Part shown: positions 34,985 to 53,226 of the stretch, piece by piece
Numbering within the stretch: position 1 is the first letter of the stretch
Layout: the number at the start of each line of letters is the position of its first letter
Assembly: GCF_009914755.1 (NCBI RefSeq)
Contig: NC_060926.1
Strand: one strand, 5' to 3'
From: the human T2T-CHM13v2.0 reference genome, Homo sapiens
Length of the DNA stretch: 64,000 bases
Program-made: the position numbers and the translations under genes
Notes under the pieces: model-generated
Seen by the model: the letters and a program-made list of their open reading frames with translations, nothing else
Database searches by the model: none
What the model was told of the DNA's origin: nothing

Positions 34985-35528
34985 TTATGGAAGAAAACCC
35001 CACCACTTGAGGTCTTGCTGAAACGATTGAACCTGAGTGTGATCAGGACTCTAGATGCAATGGGCTATTTGCAGGAAACTCAGGGACAGAGGAACATGAG
35101 CTATATTATGAGCATGCCATCAGCAGACTCCAGACTGTGAAACTACAGGTCAAACAGCTCGAGTGAGTTCTTCAACAGATAAATTACAACAAAAAGAAAG
35201 GGATGGGTGGGAGAGAACTTCTGAATTAAAAAACATTCAAAAGGCGTCAAGTTAACAAAAATGGGTCTGACTAAATGATTGTGTCTAGGAATGTGTTCTT
35301 GGTGAAAAAACAATAAAGAAACACAGGGGAAATATTATTGTAAATGTCAGAATAGTGATTACTTATGGAGAGGGAGGGAGGAGGTATGGAGAGAGGCTTC
35401 TGGCCAACTTCTCTCTCGAACTGTGTGGTGGTTGCAAGGGCGTTTGCTTTATAATAATTCACTAAGTTGTATGTCTGTTCTGTGTGCTTTCCTTTTGTCT
35501 TATTTTACAATAAAAATGTCAAAAAATA
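34985..35528 (+). mobile_element. Old L1 (L1MC/L1ME-type) 3' fragment
   Basis: gaacctgagtgtgatcaggactctagat...ttcttcaacagataaattac...ttttacaataaaaa. Confidence 0.5.
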
Positions 35529-36626
35529 TAGAGATTTAATTTTGTATTTCCCACTAGGAGTGTGGATTTCTCAATTTCTCATCACAGATGTATCAAATTT
35601 TACATATGTGGTTAAAAACTATGTTCTTAGATGCATATTTGTTTGAAATTATTTTATCTTTTTGGGGAAATAAACACTTTATCAATATATTTGGAATGTT
35701 GCCTGTTACATTTCAAATCCTGTTTTGTATCAAACAGTGACAGCACTTGTGTTTTGTTATGTATTTCATGGGCACTGCCTATTTTTTTACCTTTTTTTTG
35801 CAATATTCTGTTTTCTTATGTTTTACATTTATCTTACAAATCAAATGTAGCTGGACTATATTTTTCATATAGTCTGATAAATTTTGCTATTAAGACAAGC
35901 AGTTTGTCTATTTATATTTTGTTGTTTTACATACATTTGGATTCTTTTCTATCTTATTTTGTACTAGAAAGTACAAAAGTTGAAACTTGTCCTAATTTTT
36001 TCTCCCTGCTTGTCTTTTAGTAATCTAAGTGCTTTTTTCGTTTTTTTTTCTATTAAGTGCAGAACTATACATTATATTTCTATTTTATAATTGTACAATA
36101 ATAAACATTAACATAGGTATTTAACTTTATAATTAATTACATACGATATAACAATTATCACCTGTCTTCTGCAAAATATAGGTATCTCAGAACGCTTTCA
36201 CTCCGTGAATATTCTTGATTCATATGCTTGTTATATTTCCCCATAACATAGCTTAATATTTTAACCACTAAACCAGACTTTATATCACTGTTTTGATTTT
36301 AACAGTTGCTAAATTTGATGACATTTTATTATTTTTCTACATGAACCGTTCATCTTTGCAGATATTTTCTTGTGGAATAAAGTATCTTATTTGGAAGAAC
36401 AGCTGACACTTCACCAACAGGTGATTTAGCGGTGCTAACTCCAATGTATTCAAAAATCCATGAATAAATTTTGACTTCCCAAAAACATAACCACTAATAG
36501 CCACCTGTTGACCAGAAATCTTACTGAGATAAACAGTCAGTTGATGAACATTTTGTGTATGTATTACATACTGCATTTTTTCAACACAGTAAGCTGTAAA
36601 AAAGAAAGTGTTATTAAGAAAATCGT

Positions 36627-36798
36627 TGGTTGGGGAGAGGGAGGAGGGATAGCATTAGGAGATATACCTAATGTAAATGACGAATTAATGGGTGCAGCAC
36701 ACCAACATGGCACACATATACATATGTAACAAACCTGCATGTTGTGCACATGTACCCTAGGACTTAAAGTATAATGGAAAAAAAAAAAAAGAAAAAAA
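36627..36798 (+). mobile_element. Short 5'-truncated L1PA (3'UTR and tail)
   Basis: gggatagcattaggagatatacctaatgtaaatgacg...aaagtataat plus A tail. TSD aag(a/g)aaatc(g/a)t at 36616-36626 and 36799-36809. Confidence 0.95.
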
Positions 36799-38020
36799 AA
36801 GGAAATCATAAGGAAGAGAATATATATTTACTATTCATTAAATGAAAGGGGATCATCACAAAGGTCTTCATTCTTGTCATTTTTACATTGAGTAGGCTGA
36901 GGAGGAGGAGAAATAGGAGGGTTTGGTCTTGCAGTCTCAGGGTGGGCAGAGGGGGAAGAGGTAGAAAAGGTGGAAGAGGAGGCAAGAGAAGCAGGCACAC
37001 TTAGGGAACTCTATGGAAGTACATCATGATTTCTGTATGACTTTTTTGCTTTTTAAAATTTCTCTAAAAATGTTTCTGTATGGTAACAATCCTTCTTCCA
37101 CCATTTGCTTTAGTTTTAGTGCTTATATCATGCAAGACAGAATCAATCCATCTGATTGTGAGAGAATCAATCTAACACAATTCAGATTGTGTAATGTCAA
37201 TTGTTTTCTGGCACTGCTTCTATGTCTTCTTCCCCTGTCTTACACTGGTTTGGAAGCATTTATCTTCATCAAGTCATCTTCCATTAATCACTCTGGTGTG
37301 GTGTCTATTCACTCTTGAATTTCTCCAAGATGCATGTCTTCAAACCTTTCAGCCCTCACCTTTTTTGCCATGTCCACAGTCTCTTCAATGAATTCCTTGA
37401 TTGGCTGTGTTGAAAATCCTGTGAAGTTCTGCACAACATCTGGACACAGTTTTCTCCAACAGAAAGTTTTCATTTCTGGCTTGATGGCTTTCACAGACTT
37501 TTATATAACAATCATGGCATTTCCAATGTTGTAATCATTCCAGACTTTCATGATGTTCTCTCTGCTGGGGCTCTCTTCCAGAGCATTGACAACACTTTCC
37601 ATACAATTTTGTGAGTAGTGAGCCATAAAGGTCCTTATGATCTTCTGATCTAGAGGCTAAATTAGAGATGCTGTGTTTGGGGGCATGTAAATCACTTCAG
37701 TATTTTAGTGTTGAACTTATAGATTCCATATAGCCAAAGGACATTGTTTAATATTTAAAAAAAAAAAACTTTAAAAGGCAGTCCTTTACTGACAAGAGAT
37801 TTCCTCACTTCAGGGACAAAGCATGGATGGATGCAATCCAGATAAAAGGGTCTCATTGTCCAAGGCTTTTTATTGTACAATGAAGACTGACAGCTTGTGC
37901 TTTATTTATTTCCTTTAAGGCTTAAAAATAAGAGTAGTCTTGATCATAGACCAGTCTACACTTGCAAAAAAACAGTGGAGTTGGCCTACTCTTTCCTGCC
38001 TTAAATCCTGGTGCTTGCTT

Positions 38021-38806
38021 TGAAACTGCCCTCATAAAATTAAAGGAGGCCACACGATTACAATTATGTTAGGTGCCTGAATTTTGCTAAGATATTTTCC
38101 TTTCTGTCTGATTTTTTCCTTATCCATGCATGATTGCTTGCACATAGTCATTATATGATATGTGACAAATGATAGTCACTAATAACTGATTATCTTCCTG
38201 TCCTAGTTCCACGGCAGCCTACATGAAAGATTAAGGAATTTGTTTTTACTTTTAAAGAAAAATGATCCTTAGATCATGCAGACCCCCTCGATGACTTCCA
38301 GAAGTTAGATGACCAACAGGGCGCCAGGCAGCTATGACAAGCAGGGACCTCACCTTCCACAGACTTTTCTGCTAAGCTATAGGCATAGTTAAACGATAAC
38401 CCAGCATTTTTTCCCATCTTGCTTGCCATAGTAACCAGCAGTCACAAATGCTATTGTGAAACCTAAGACTGGTCTTTGAGATAGTTTTCTACCTTGGTCT
38501 GTGAGTGGACTGACGCCAACCCAACCAGTGATCCAACGGAACTGACTTGACTGGTATTGTGACTCACCTCCTTTCTCAGGAACTGATTCAGCCCTAACAC
38601 AGCATCCATTCCCTATGCCTCTGCCAGTCAAATCATTCTTTTAAAACCCAGCTTCTGATGCCTCAGCGAGGTGGCTTTGAGCAGTATCTCCCATCCTCCT
38701 GGTTCGGTTGCCTTGTGATAATTAAACTCTTCTTTATAGTGATACTTGTTGTCTCAGTGTTTGGCTCTATCTTGGCAGCAGGCAAAAACCTGGTCAGGTG
38801 GTAACA
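38021..38806 (+). mobile_element. ERV1 solo LTR, MER4 group (LTR48/LTR8/MER50-like)
   Basis: TG...CA ends (tgaaactgcc...ggtaaca), ATTAAA signal at about 38721, perfect 4-bp TSD GCTT. Confidence 0.85.
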
Positions 38807-39359
38807 GCTTTTCTTCCTTAATAATAAATGTTCTAGGCATTTTGTCTGTGAGTTTTTTCAAATTGTTGCCAATCTCCAAAAAAAAATTTCCAATATATTG
38901 GAAAAACATCCACATATAAGTGGATACGTGCAGTTCAAACCCATGTTGTTCAGTGGTCAACTGTGAAATTTTTTGCAGTATTTTAGAGAGGGTCTGTAGG
39001 TAAACTCTTAATTTTTTTTTCTGTGAAAATGTCTTATTTATTTTCTTCTTTAGTAAAATATTATTTCACTGAGTTCCAATGCAAATGATTAAAACTCTAG
39101 TATTTTGAGGTTAATTAATTGTCTAGTGCAATTAGTTGACCAATTAAGAGTTCTTCATGGAGGCTCCAAGATGGCTGAATAGGAATAGCTCCAGTCTACA
39201 GCTCCCAGCGTGAGCAACACAGAAGACAAGTGATTTCTGCATTTGCAATTGAGGTACCGGGTTCATCTCACTGAGGCTTGTCAGACAGTGGGTGTAGCCC
39301 ACAGAGCGGGAATTCCCTTTCCTAGACAAGGGAAGCCATGACAGGCGGTACCTGGAAAA

Positions 39360-39542
39360 TCAGGACACTACCACCCTAATACTGTGCTTTTCCAATGGTC
39401 TTAGCAAATGGCACCCCAGGAGATTATATCCCATGCCTGGCTCAGAGGATCCCACACCCACGGAGCCTCGCTCACTGCTAGTACAGCAGTCTGAGATTAA
39501 ACTGCAAGGTGGCAGCAAGGCTGGGGGTGGGGCGTCTGCCAT
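39360..39542 (-). pseudogene. L1 antisense ORF0, truncated at 60 aa
   Basis: MADAPPPALLPPCSLISDCCTSSERGSVGVGSSEPG... matches primate ORF0 (MAGAPPPASLPPCSLISDCC...). Premature TGA. Confidence 0.85.
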
Positions 39543-40117
39543 TGCTGAGGCTTCAGTAGGTAAACAAAGTGGCCAGGAATCTCGAATTGGGTGGAGCCCA
39601 ACACAGCCCAAGGAGGCCTGCCCTACTTCTGTAGACTCCACCTCTGGGGGCAGGGCATAGCTGAACAAAAGGCAGCAGAAACTTCTTCAGATTTAAACGT
39701 CCCTGTCTGACAGCTTTGAAGAGAGTAATGGTTCTCCCAGCACAGAGTTTGAGATCTGAGATGGACAGACTGCCTCCTCAAGTGGGTCCCTGACCCTCGA
39801 GTAGCCTAACTGGGAGGCACCTCCCAGTAGGGACCGACTGACCCCTCATATGGCCTGGTGTCCCTCTGAGATGAAGCTTCCAGATGAAGGATCAGGCAGC
39901 AACATTTGCCATTCCACAATATTTTCTGTTTGGCAGCCTCCACTGGTGATACCCAGGCAAACAGGGTCTGGAGTGGACCTCCAGCAAACTCCAACAGACC
40001 TGCAGGTGAGGGTCCTGACTGTTAGAAGGAAAACTAACAAACAGAAAGGACATCCACACCAAAACCCCATCTGTATGTCACCATCATCAAAGACTAAAGG
40101 TAGATTAAACCACAAAG

Positions 40118-41123
40118 ATGGGAGAAACCAGAGCAGAAAAGCTGAAAATTTTAAAAATCAGAGCACCTCTTCTCCTCCAAAGGAATGCAGCTCCTCACCA
40201 GCAACGGAACAAAGCTGGAAGGAGAATGACTTTGATGAGTTGAGAGAAGAAGTCTTTAGACAATAGGTAATAACAAACTTCTGTGAGCTAAAGGAGGATC
40301 TTGGAACCCATCACAAAGAAGTTAAAACCCTTGAAAAAAGATTAGACAAATGGCTAACGAGAATAAACAGCATAGAGAAGACCTTAAATAACCTGATGGA
40401 GCTGAAAACCATGGCACGAGAACTATGTGACACATGCACAAGCTTCGGTAGCCTATTCGATCAAGTGGAAGAAAAGGAATCAGTGACTGAAGATGGAATG
40501 AATGAAATGAGGTGAGAAGAGAAGTTTAGAGAAAAAAGAGTAAGAAAAATGAACAAACCCTCCAAGAAATATGGGACTATGTGGAAAGAACAAATCTACG
40601 TCTGATTGGTGTACCTGAAAGTGATGGGGATAATGGAACCAAGTTGGAAAACACTCTGCAGGATATTATCCAGGATAACTTCCCAACCTAACAAGGCAGG
40701 CCAACATTCAAATTCAGGAAATATAGAGAACTCCACAAAGATACTCCTCGAGAAGAGCAACTCCAAGACACGTAATTGTCAGATTTACCAAAGATGACGT
40801 GAAGGAAAAAATGTTAAGGGCAGCCAGAGAAAAAGTTTGGGTTACCCATAAAAGGAAGCCCATCAGACTAACAGCGGATCTGTTACAGAAGAGAGTGGGG
40901 GCCAATATTCAACATTCTTAAAGAAAAGAATTTTCAACCCAGAATTTCATATCGAGCCAAACTAAGCTTCATAAGTGAAGGATAAATAAAACCCTTTACA
41001 GAAGAGCAAATGCTGAGAGATTTTGTCACCACCAGGCTTGCCTTACAAGAGCTCCTGAAGAAAGCACTAAACATGGAAAGGAACAATCAGTACCAGCCAC
41101 TGCAAAAACATGCCAAATTGTAA
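40118..41123 (+). pseudogene. L1 ORF1p, disrupted
   Basis: ATG at 40118 with an immediate frameshift, several stops, ends gccaaattgtaa. Confidence 0.93.
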
Positions 41124-41186
41124 AGACCTTCAATGCTAGGAAGAAACTGCATCAATTAATGAGCAAAATAACCAGCTAACATCATA

Positions 41187-45002
<3,816 letters not shown>

Positions 45003-45656
45003 ACAATGAGAACATTTGGACACAGGATGGGGAACATCACACACTGGGCCTGTCATGGGATGGGGGAAGGTGGGAGGGATAGCGTTAGGAGATATACCTA
45101 ATGTAAATGACAAGTTAATGGGTGCACCAGACCAACATAGCACATGTATACATATGTAATATACCTGTACGTTGTGCACATGTACCCTAGAACTTAAAGT
45201 ATAATGATAATAAAGAAAAAAGAGTTCTTCTACCAGTAAAATTATTGTTTTATTATAGGGAATCTGTTTTTTCCGCTCTGACTGAATTTAAGATAAATTT
45301 ATATTTATTAGTTTTTGCAATACCCTTACTTTGGGTGTTTGTGTGCATATGTGTATTTATGTGTGCATGTGGTTTAATTCTAAATGGAATCCGGTGATCT
45401 CTCTCAACTTGAGCATTCATATGTTCTGTAATTTATAAAAAGATTTCATGTATTATTCCTTCTCTTTTTTCTAGAACTCAAAGTATACAAATGTCATATT
45501 TTTCCTTCCATTCTCTATGTATCTTTATTTTTCTAACATATTTTAGAAAATATTTTTACCTGTATATTGGGTAATTTTTTAGCTATATTTTCCTGTGTGC
45601 TGTGTCTCTCCTTTTCTACAAATCCTCTGCTACTTATCATCTCTTTTACATTTCTA

Positions 45657-46587
45657 GTTTTTTGTTAGCTGCTTTCTTATTTATACATAATAATTATACA
45701 TATTTATGGGGTGTAGGTGATATTTTGATACATATGTACAATGTGTAATGATTGAATCAGGATGTTTAGGATGTCAATCACCTCAAAAATGTTTTCCTTT
45801 CTTTGTGTTAGGAAATATATTTCAAATCTTTTAGATATTTTGAAATATATGAGAAATGATTGTTAATTATAGTCATTCTACTTTTCTATCAAACATAAGA
45901 ACTTATTACTTCCAACTGTATGTTTGTACTCATTAACCAACCTCTCTTCACCCCCATTCATCCTTCCCACCTTTTGAAAAGCATCATTCTACTCTCTAAC
46001 TCCATGTGGTAAACTTTTCAGTCCCCACGTATGAATGAGAACATGTGATATTTGTCATTCTGTGCTTGGCTTACTTCACTTAACATAATGAACTTCACTT
46101 CTATCCATGTTTCTGCAAAAGATAATACTCCACCATAATCAAGTGAAATTTATCCCAGGGATGCAAGGATGGTTTAACATATGCAAGTTAATATATATGA
46201 TATATCCTATCAACATAATGAAGGACAAAAACCATATAATCATTTTAACATATCCAGAAAAGCATTTGATATAATTCAATATCCTTTTATGATAAAAAAC
46301 TCTGAAAAAGTAGGCATAGAAGAAATATACTTCAGCATAGTCAAGATCATATATGACAAATCTGCAGCTAAAATATTAAATGGGGAAAAGCTGAACGCCT
46401 TTCCTATAAGAACTGGAAAAAACAAGGATGCCTACTTTCACCATTCTTATTTAATATAGTACTGGCAGTCCTAGCCGGAGCAATCAGGCAAGGGAAATAA
46501 ATGAAAGGCATCCAAATTAGAAAAGAGGAAGTCAAATTGTCAGTTTTTGTGAACATAATTATATATATAGAAAATCTTAATGACTGA
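45657..46587 (-). mobile_element. Old L1 (L1MA/L1PB-type) with 5' inversion
   Basis: Antisense 3'UTR to about 46120 joined to a sense ORF2 segment (atcccagggatgcaaggatggtt...gaaaagaggaagtcaaattgtc). TSD acatttcta at 45648-45656 and 46588-46596. Confidence 0.85.
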
Positions 46588-46685
46588 ACATTTCTATTTT
46601 TGAATTTTTTTAGAAATTCCATTTTGTTCATTTAAAATTTTTGGTGGATTATTTTCACAGTCTTTTTCTCCTTAGATGTACTTCC

Positions 46686-47084
46686 TGCTATGGTTTGAAT
46701 GTCCCCTCCAAAATTTATGTTGAAATTTCATTGACATTGTGATGGTATGAAGAGTTGGGTCTGTTAAGAAGTGATTAGGCCATGAGGATTCTGCTTTCAC
46801 GGATGGGTTAATGCTCCTCTCCTGAGACTGGGTTAATTATTGTGGAAGTGGGTTCTTGATAAAACAATGAAATTTGACCCCCATTCTCTTTCTCTCTTGA
46901 ATACTTGCCTGCCCTTTTTCCTTATGCCATAAAATAATACATCAGCATGTAAACCCTTGCCAGGTGCCAGTGCCATGTCCCTGGACGTCCATCCTCCAAA
47001 ACTGTAAGCCACATAAGTCTCTGTTCATTAAAAATTACCCAGTCTGTGGTAATCTGTTATAGTAACACAAAGTAGACTAAGACA
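46686..47084 (+). mobile_element. MST-type MaLR solo LTR
   Basis: tgctatggtttgaatgtcccctccaaaa...tagactaagaca with 5-bp TSD (c/t)ttcc. Confidence 0.88.
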
Positions 47085-47280
47085 TTTCCCATACTTTTTA
47101 TGTTTCTTTCAACATTTTAATCCTCTTCTTCAATTTGTGTAAAGTTTTTTTAGGTCTAAGTTTGTTGTGCGTTGTTGCTGCTATCACTCATGGTTACGTA
47201 TTTGTTATGTCTGTTTGCAACTTTGAACTTCTAGAAAATTATCCGTGTGAATTCATTGAGTTTTATATGGCAATGGGGCA

Positions 47281-47866
47281 TGTGTTCAACCAAATGATAG
47301 TCCTCTAAGATGTTGGGGTCCTAATCTTTGGAACCTGCAAATATGCTACCTTATGTGATAAAAGGGACTTCACAGTTGTGATTAGGGTTAGGGTGTTAGA
47401 GACGAGATATGATCCTATATTATATAGGTGGGTCCAGTCTAATCATGTGAGTCCTTAAGAGTGGGAAGAGGAAGGCAGAAGAGTAGATTAAAGAGATGTA
47501 TGTGAGAAAAACTCAACCTAACCTTTCTAGCTTTGAAGATGGAAGAAAGCGGATATGAGCTGAGGAATGCAGCAACCTCTAGAAGCTGGAAATAAACTTT
47601 ATGTAAAAATCAGCAAGAAAATGCAGATCTAAATCCTACAACCATAAGGAACTAGATTCTGCCAGTAACACCAATGATCACGAAATAGATTTTCCCATAG
47701 AGTCCCCAGAAAGTAACACAATGCTGGTGACACCTTGATTGTAGTCTAGAGAAACCTGGGTGAGACTTCTCACCAATGGAGATCTTAGATAATAAATATG
47801 TGTTGTATTGTTTTAAGACATTATGTTTGTAGTAACTTGTTTTTGGAGTCACGGAAAACTAATACA
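47281..47866 (+). mobile_element. MLT1D/E-type MaLR LTR
   Basis: gtcctaatctttggaacctg...aaaagggacttcacagttgtgatta...ggaaaactaataca. Confidence 0.82.
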
Positions 47867-48072
47867 TGGTCATTTTTCCAAAGAGAGTTTAAAGTTATTT
47901 CTGGCAGATATTTGGCAGAAAAGCATCTTTAAACTTCTGTTTTTGCACATGGTTTTGGAGCCAAGCAGGTAATGTGAATCAGTTCCTAAACCAAATGTTT
48001 TATCACTATATTTATAAATGATCATAGGAATTTCTTTCTTAGTTTGTTTTTTCTATGTCACTCAAAAAAAGG

Positions 48073-48347
48073 GTATGTGTGTATGTTTGTATAAAACCTT
48101 ATATATATATATATACTTTATTTAATTTGTGTGTAAAACTTCACATACCCATATATTATATGTGTAGGTATGTTATGTACATACATAAAGCTATATTTAT
48201 GTATTATATGTATTATATGTATTATTATATGTACGTATACTAAAGTACACATATATATTAGCTTTATATATGTATATATATTATATGCATAGCTAATATA
48301 TACATATATGTGTATGCTTTAGTACACACACACATACATATATATGT
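48073..48347. repeat. (TA)/(TG)-rich low-complexity tract
   Basis: Degenerate tatatg and tacaca runs. Confidence 0.85.
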
Positions 48348-48496
48348 AAACCTTACTTACTAATGTTGCTATCTTTTGACGGTACCAGCTTAATGAGGAA
48401 ATAAGTTTGGGAGATAATTTTTGTGCAAATCAATGCTTGGTTTCCCTTGGAAAGCAACGAGATTTAGCATGCTAGTTTACTTCTCTAGAATCATGA

Positions 48497-48860
<364 letters not shown>

Positions 48861-49585
48861 TAAGAGCTTAAGTATGCATATAAATATAAGATATAGGTCA
48901 TATATTTATATGATCAGAAATATTTTTATTTATATTTTAAATTAAAATATATACAAACCAAAAAAAGTTAATATTTATTACCTTTAAATGAAGATAATTG
49001 TCTAAGTTAGTATTTCAAGGCAACTGTATTTTTTAAATGGCTTATAAATATTTTTATAAAAGAAAAAGTCATGAAAGGCATTGCTCTTTATATAATTAGA
49101 ATTATGTCAGCAAAACAAAGGCCACTCTAGATATTCCAAAGGGGAAGATTTTCATACAGCAAATCACAGGTTTGCACAAACTTTGTAAGGGTTGTACAAT
49201 TCAGAGGAGTCACAGTTATACATGAATGAATCATATGTACTCACATAGTAGCCAAATGAAATTTGAAATCTCACATAGTGTCGCTGCGATCAACCTCAGC
49301 TATCAATTTTCAAAATTTGATGTTATCCTAGATATCTGCCTGCAACTTCCTTACAATTTCCTTCTCTTATACTTTCAAATTTTAAGAAATATTCTTCACT
49401 GATAAAAATCTAAAATAAGCCATAAATATAAGAGATTCTGAAAAATGTAGTTCAAGAATTCCAGAAGAGGTTGCAGAATAGAGTACTATTGATGAAATGT
49501 TGGGAATACATATTCACCACAATGTACCCCTTTGTTTACTCAGAATCCATATATATGCTACTATATTCATTTAAAGGGCTAAACT

Positions 49586-49896
49586 GGCCAGGCGTGGTGG
49601 CTCACGCCTGTAATCCCAGCACTTTGGGAGGCCGAGGTGGGTAGATCACGAGATCAGGAGTTCGAGACTAGCCTGGCCAATATGGTGAAACCCCGTCTCT
49701 AGTAAAAATACAAAACTAGCCAGACGTGGTGGGTCATGCCTGTAATCTCAGCTACTCCGGAGGCTGAGGCAGGAAAATTGCTTGAATTTGTGAGGTGGAG
49801 GTTGCAGTGAGCCAAGTCGTGCCACTGCACTCCAGCCAGGGTGACAGAGTGAGACTTCGTCTCAAAAACACAAAAATAAAAATAAAAATAAATAAA
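49586..49896 (+). mobile_element. AluS
   Basis: ggccaggcgtggtggctcacgcc start. TSD taaag(g/t)gctaaact. Confidence 0.96.
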
Positions 49897-50937
49897 TAAA
49901 GTGCTAAACTACAACATACAAACAATAGCATTCTTTTACCTAATTATCATCACACAATGAAAATATGCTTACTCTCTCCCAAAAAAATGCATAGACGGAA
50001 ATTCTCAGAAATGATCTCTGCGTGACAAATATCTGTGTGATATTATTTCTAATCTACCTTAGTCATAATCCCCCTGTGATGTATCACTGAGAATAAGTGG
50101 GGTTACAGCTTAGTAAAAACCCCCAAATATCCGTGGCTTAACATAAAGAAGGTTTATTTCCATGTCATGCTACATTTTTATGCTTCTCAACAAAGGCTGA
50201 GAAGATAAAATTAAAAGATAAGTATGTTCAGATAAAAAGGACAACAAACATGGGATTCCCCTGTAGATATTCTCAATGTCTCAGTAAAGCAAGGGATGCA
50301 ATAATCAGCTGCCAATGATGGGCATGATGGACAAGTTGTTTAATAAAGGATGATACAGCAAAAGGAAGATACAATCTTGATTAATATGAGTGAAAAGTTT
50401 ATCATAAAAATAAATGTAAATAAACCCAGGGATTAGGCGGCAGAATCCTAATTGACCTTACAGAATCTGAAATTGAATTCGGCCATGATTTCATTTTCTT
50501 TGGTCAGATCATAATGATTACAAATTAATATTGTTGAGTGAATGAAAAATCAGTAAAATACCATCTCAAGAGTTCAGTTTAAACTCAGAGAAAGAAGGCT
50601 TCCATTTACTCTTTTATTTTTGATCTCCTCATAGAATTATAGAATGTCTGTTTAGAAGGGATCATAGGATCTGACTCTCATTTCTAACATCTTCTGTAAT
50701 TTTCCTGACATATATTTAGCCTCTGCTTAGGGATCTCACTTTAAAAATGGAAGTTACCTGCCTGAGCCCTGAAGATTGGGAGTCACGGGTGGTTGACAGA
50801 TAGGGTGATTTGAACGGTCTTTATTAAATTAAACCAAAAATCTACGTCACTCTCCTTCCACTGTATACTGTCCTGTAGTGACATATTGCCACCTTCTTCT
50901 GTGATATAAAACTTTCTCAGATGTTTAAAGTCAGCAG

Positions 50938-51020
50938 TAATAGCTCACTGCAGCCTAAAACTCCTGGGCTTCAAAAATCCTCCTGCCTCAGCCTCCTGAG
51001 TAAGTGGGACTACAGGCACC
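50938..51020 (-). mobile_element. AluJ-like fragment
   Basis: atagctcactgcagcctaaaactcctgggctt...cctgcctcagcctcctgagtaagtgggactacaggcac. Confidence 0.8.
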
Positions 51021-51911
51021 TTCTCACAGCCTCCACGCCCCCACACATTCCCCTGTTCCATCAGCCCCTTCCCCCAAGATCCTTAGCTCCTTCATATATC
51101 AGTTGTTTCCTATCCTAGAAAACCAGTGTTTGGAGCAGTACTATTATTATCTTTGCTTGAACCTTTTTCTAAAAGAAGGAAAAGAGCTGGCATTGCCAGA
51201 ATCTTCTTTCTTTTTAAGCTGTTGGCTGTTTACCTACTTAGAAGACATATCTTAATAGGATGGATGTCTGGGTTTTAGCCTTGGAGTATCTTTTGGAAGC
51301 TTAAAAAAGCAGGAGTTGTGCTGCCACCCCCTAAGGAGGGACCCTAACTCTGCCCTTGCCTGGCTCCATATCACCCCATCCAGCCCTGCCCACCAAATGC
51401 ACCTCCCACTATCAATCCTGCCCGTGCACTCCTCCTCCTCCCACAACTAGGACACTGGTGGTTCTTATTCTAGGTAAGGCTCAGATTATCCCTCCCCTTG
51501 ATTTGTTTCCCTCCTAGGCCTGTCTGGTAGCCCCCAAATAGACATAGATGCTGAGCATCTCCTCAGGCCTGGCAACCTTAAAAGAGCCACACGGACATTA
51601 TTCAGCTTTTCAGGCCACTGGGTTTTGGAGGCAGAAGTACAGAGATGTTGGCTCTGCCATTCTGTCATACTAGGCTGTAGCATAGGCTTTGAGACAGCAC
51701 AGGTGTATCTCTGCTCCTGTTCTACCAAGGCTTTGAGTGTAGCAGGGGCCTCTGTGTGGAGAAATGCCCTCAAAGGGTAACCGGTAGTTGTTACATAGAA
51801 TTGGCCAATGTTAGCATATGCAGTCATCACCAAGAAATTTTTCTCCTACCATTGCCTGCTGGAGGGCCCTTTAAGATTGCAGAGGGAATAAGGAGGGAGG
51901 CTGCCTGGTTG

Positions 51912-52147
51912 TTTTTTTTGTTTGTTTTTTTTATACTTTAAGTTTTAGGGTACATGTGCACAACGTGCAGGTTTGTTACATATGTATACATGTGCCATGT
52001 TGGTGTGCTGCACCCATTAACTTGTCATTTAACATTAGGTATATCACCTAATGCTATCCCTCCCCCCTCGCCCCACCCCACAACAGGCCCTGGTGTGTGA
52101 TGTTCCCCTTCCTGTGTCCATGTGTTCTCATTGTTCAATTCTCACCT
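51912..52147 (-). mobile_element. Short 5'-truncated L1PA3/4-like 3' end
   Basis: ttatactttaagttttagggtacatgtgcac...tgttctcattgttcaattctcacct. Confidence 0.95.
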
Positions 52148-52324
52148 TTTAGGAGAGGCCACAGGAGTCATTTAAAGAAATCTTTTGTGCCCGGAGCTTC
52201 TTTTCACTAGAGCAGGGAAGTACATTTCAATAACTTCTTAAACATTTATGTGGAACAGACGTGAATGTGAGGGAGGTTTTAAGCCAAGCACAAAGTTAGT
52301 TTCAAATGCTAGTTAAGAAATCTA

Positions 52325-53226
<902 letters not shown>

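Larger units (their letters stand above)
36400..38963 (-). mobile_element. Tigger2 (TcMar-pogo) DNA transposon, internally deleted, with nested insertions
   Basis: TIR-like ends cagctgacacttcaccaaca and tgttgttcagtggtcaactg. Minus-strand transposase fragment KAIKPEMKTFCWRKLCPDVVQNFTGF at 37309-37494. Confidence 0.85.

Noticed and set aside
51486-51833. 115-aa minus-strand ORF in a GC-richer patch
   Set aside because: No recognisable domain. It may be a decayed ERV internal fragment, but I cannot support a call.
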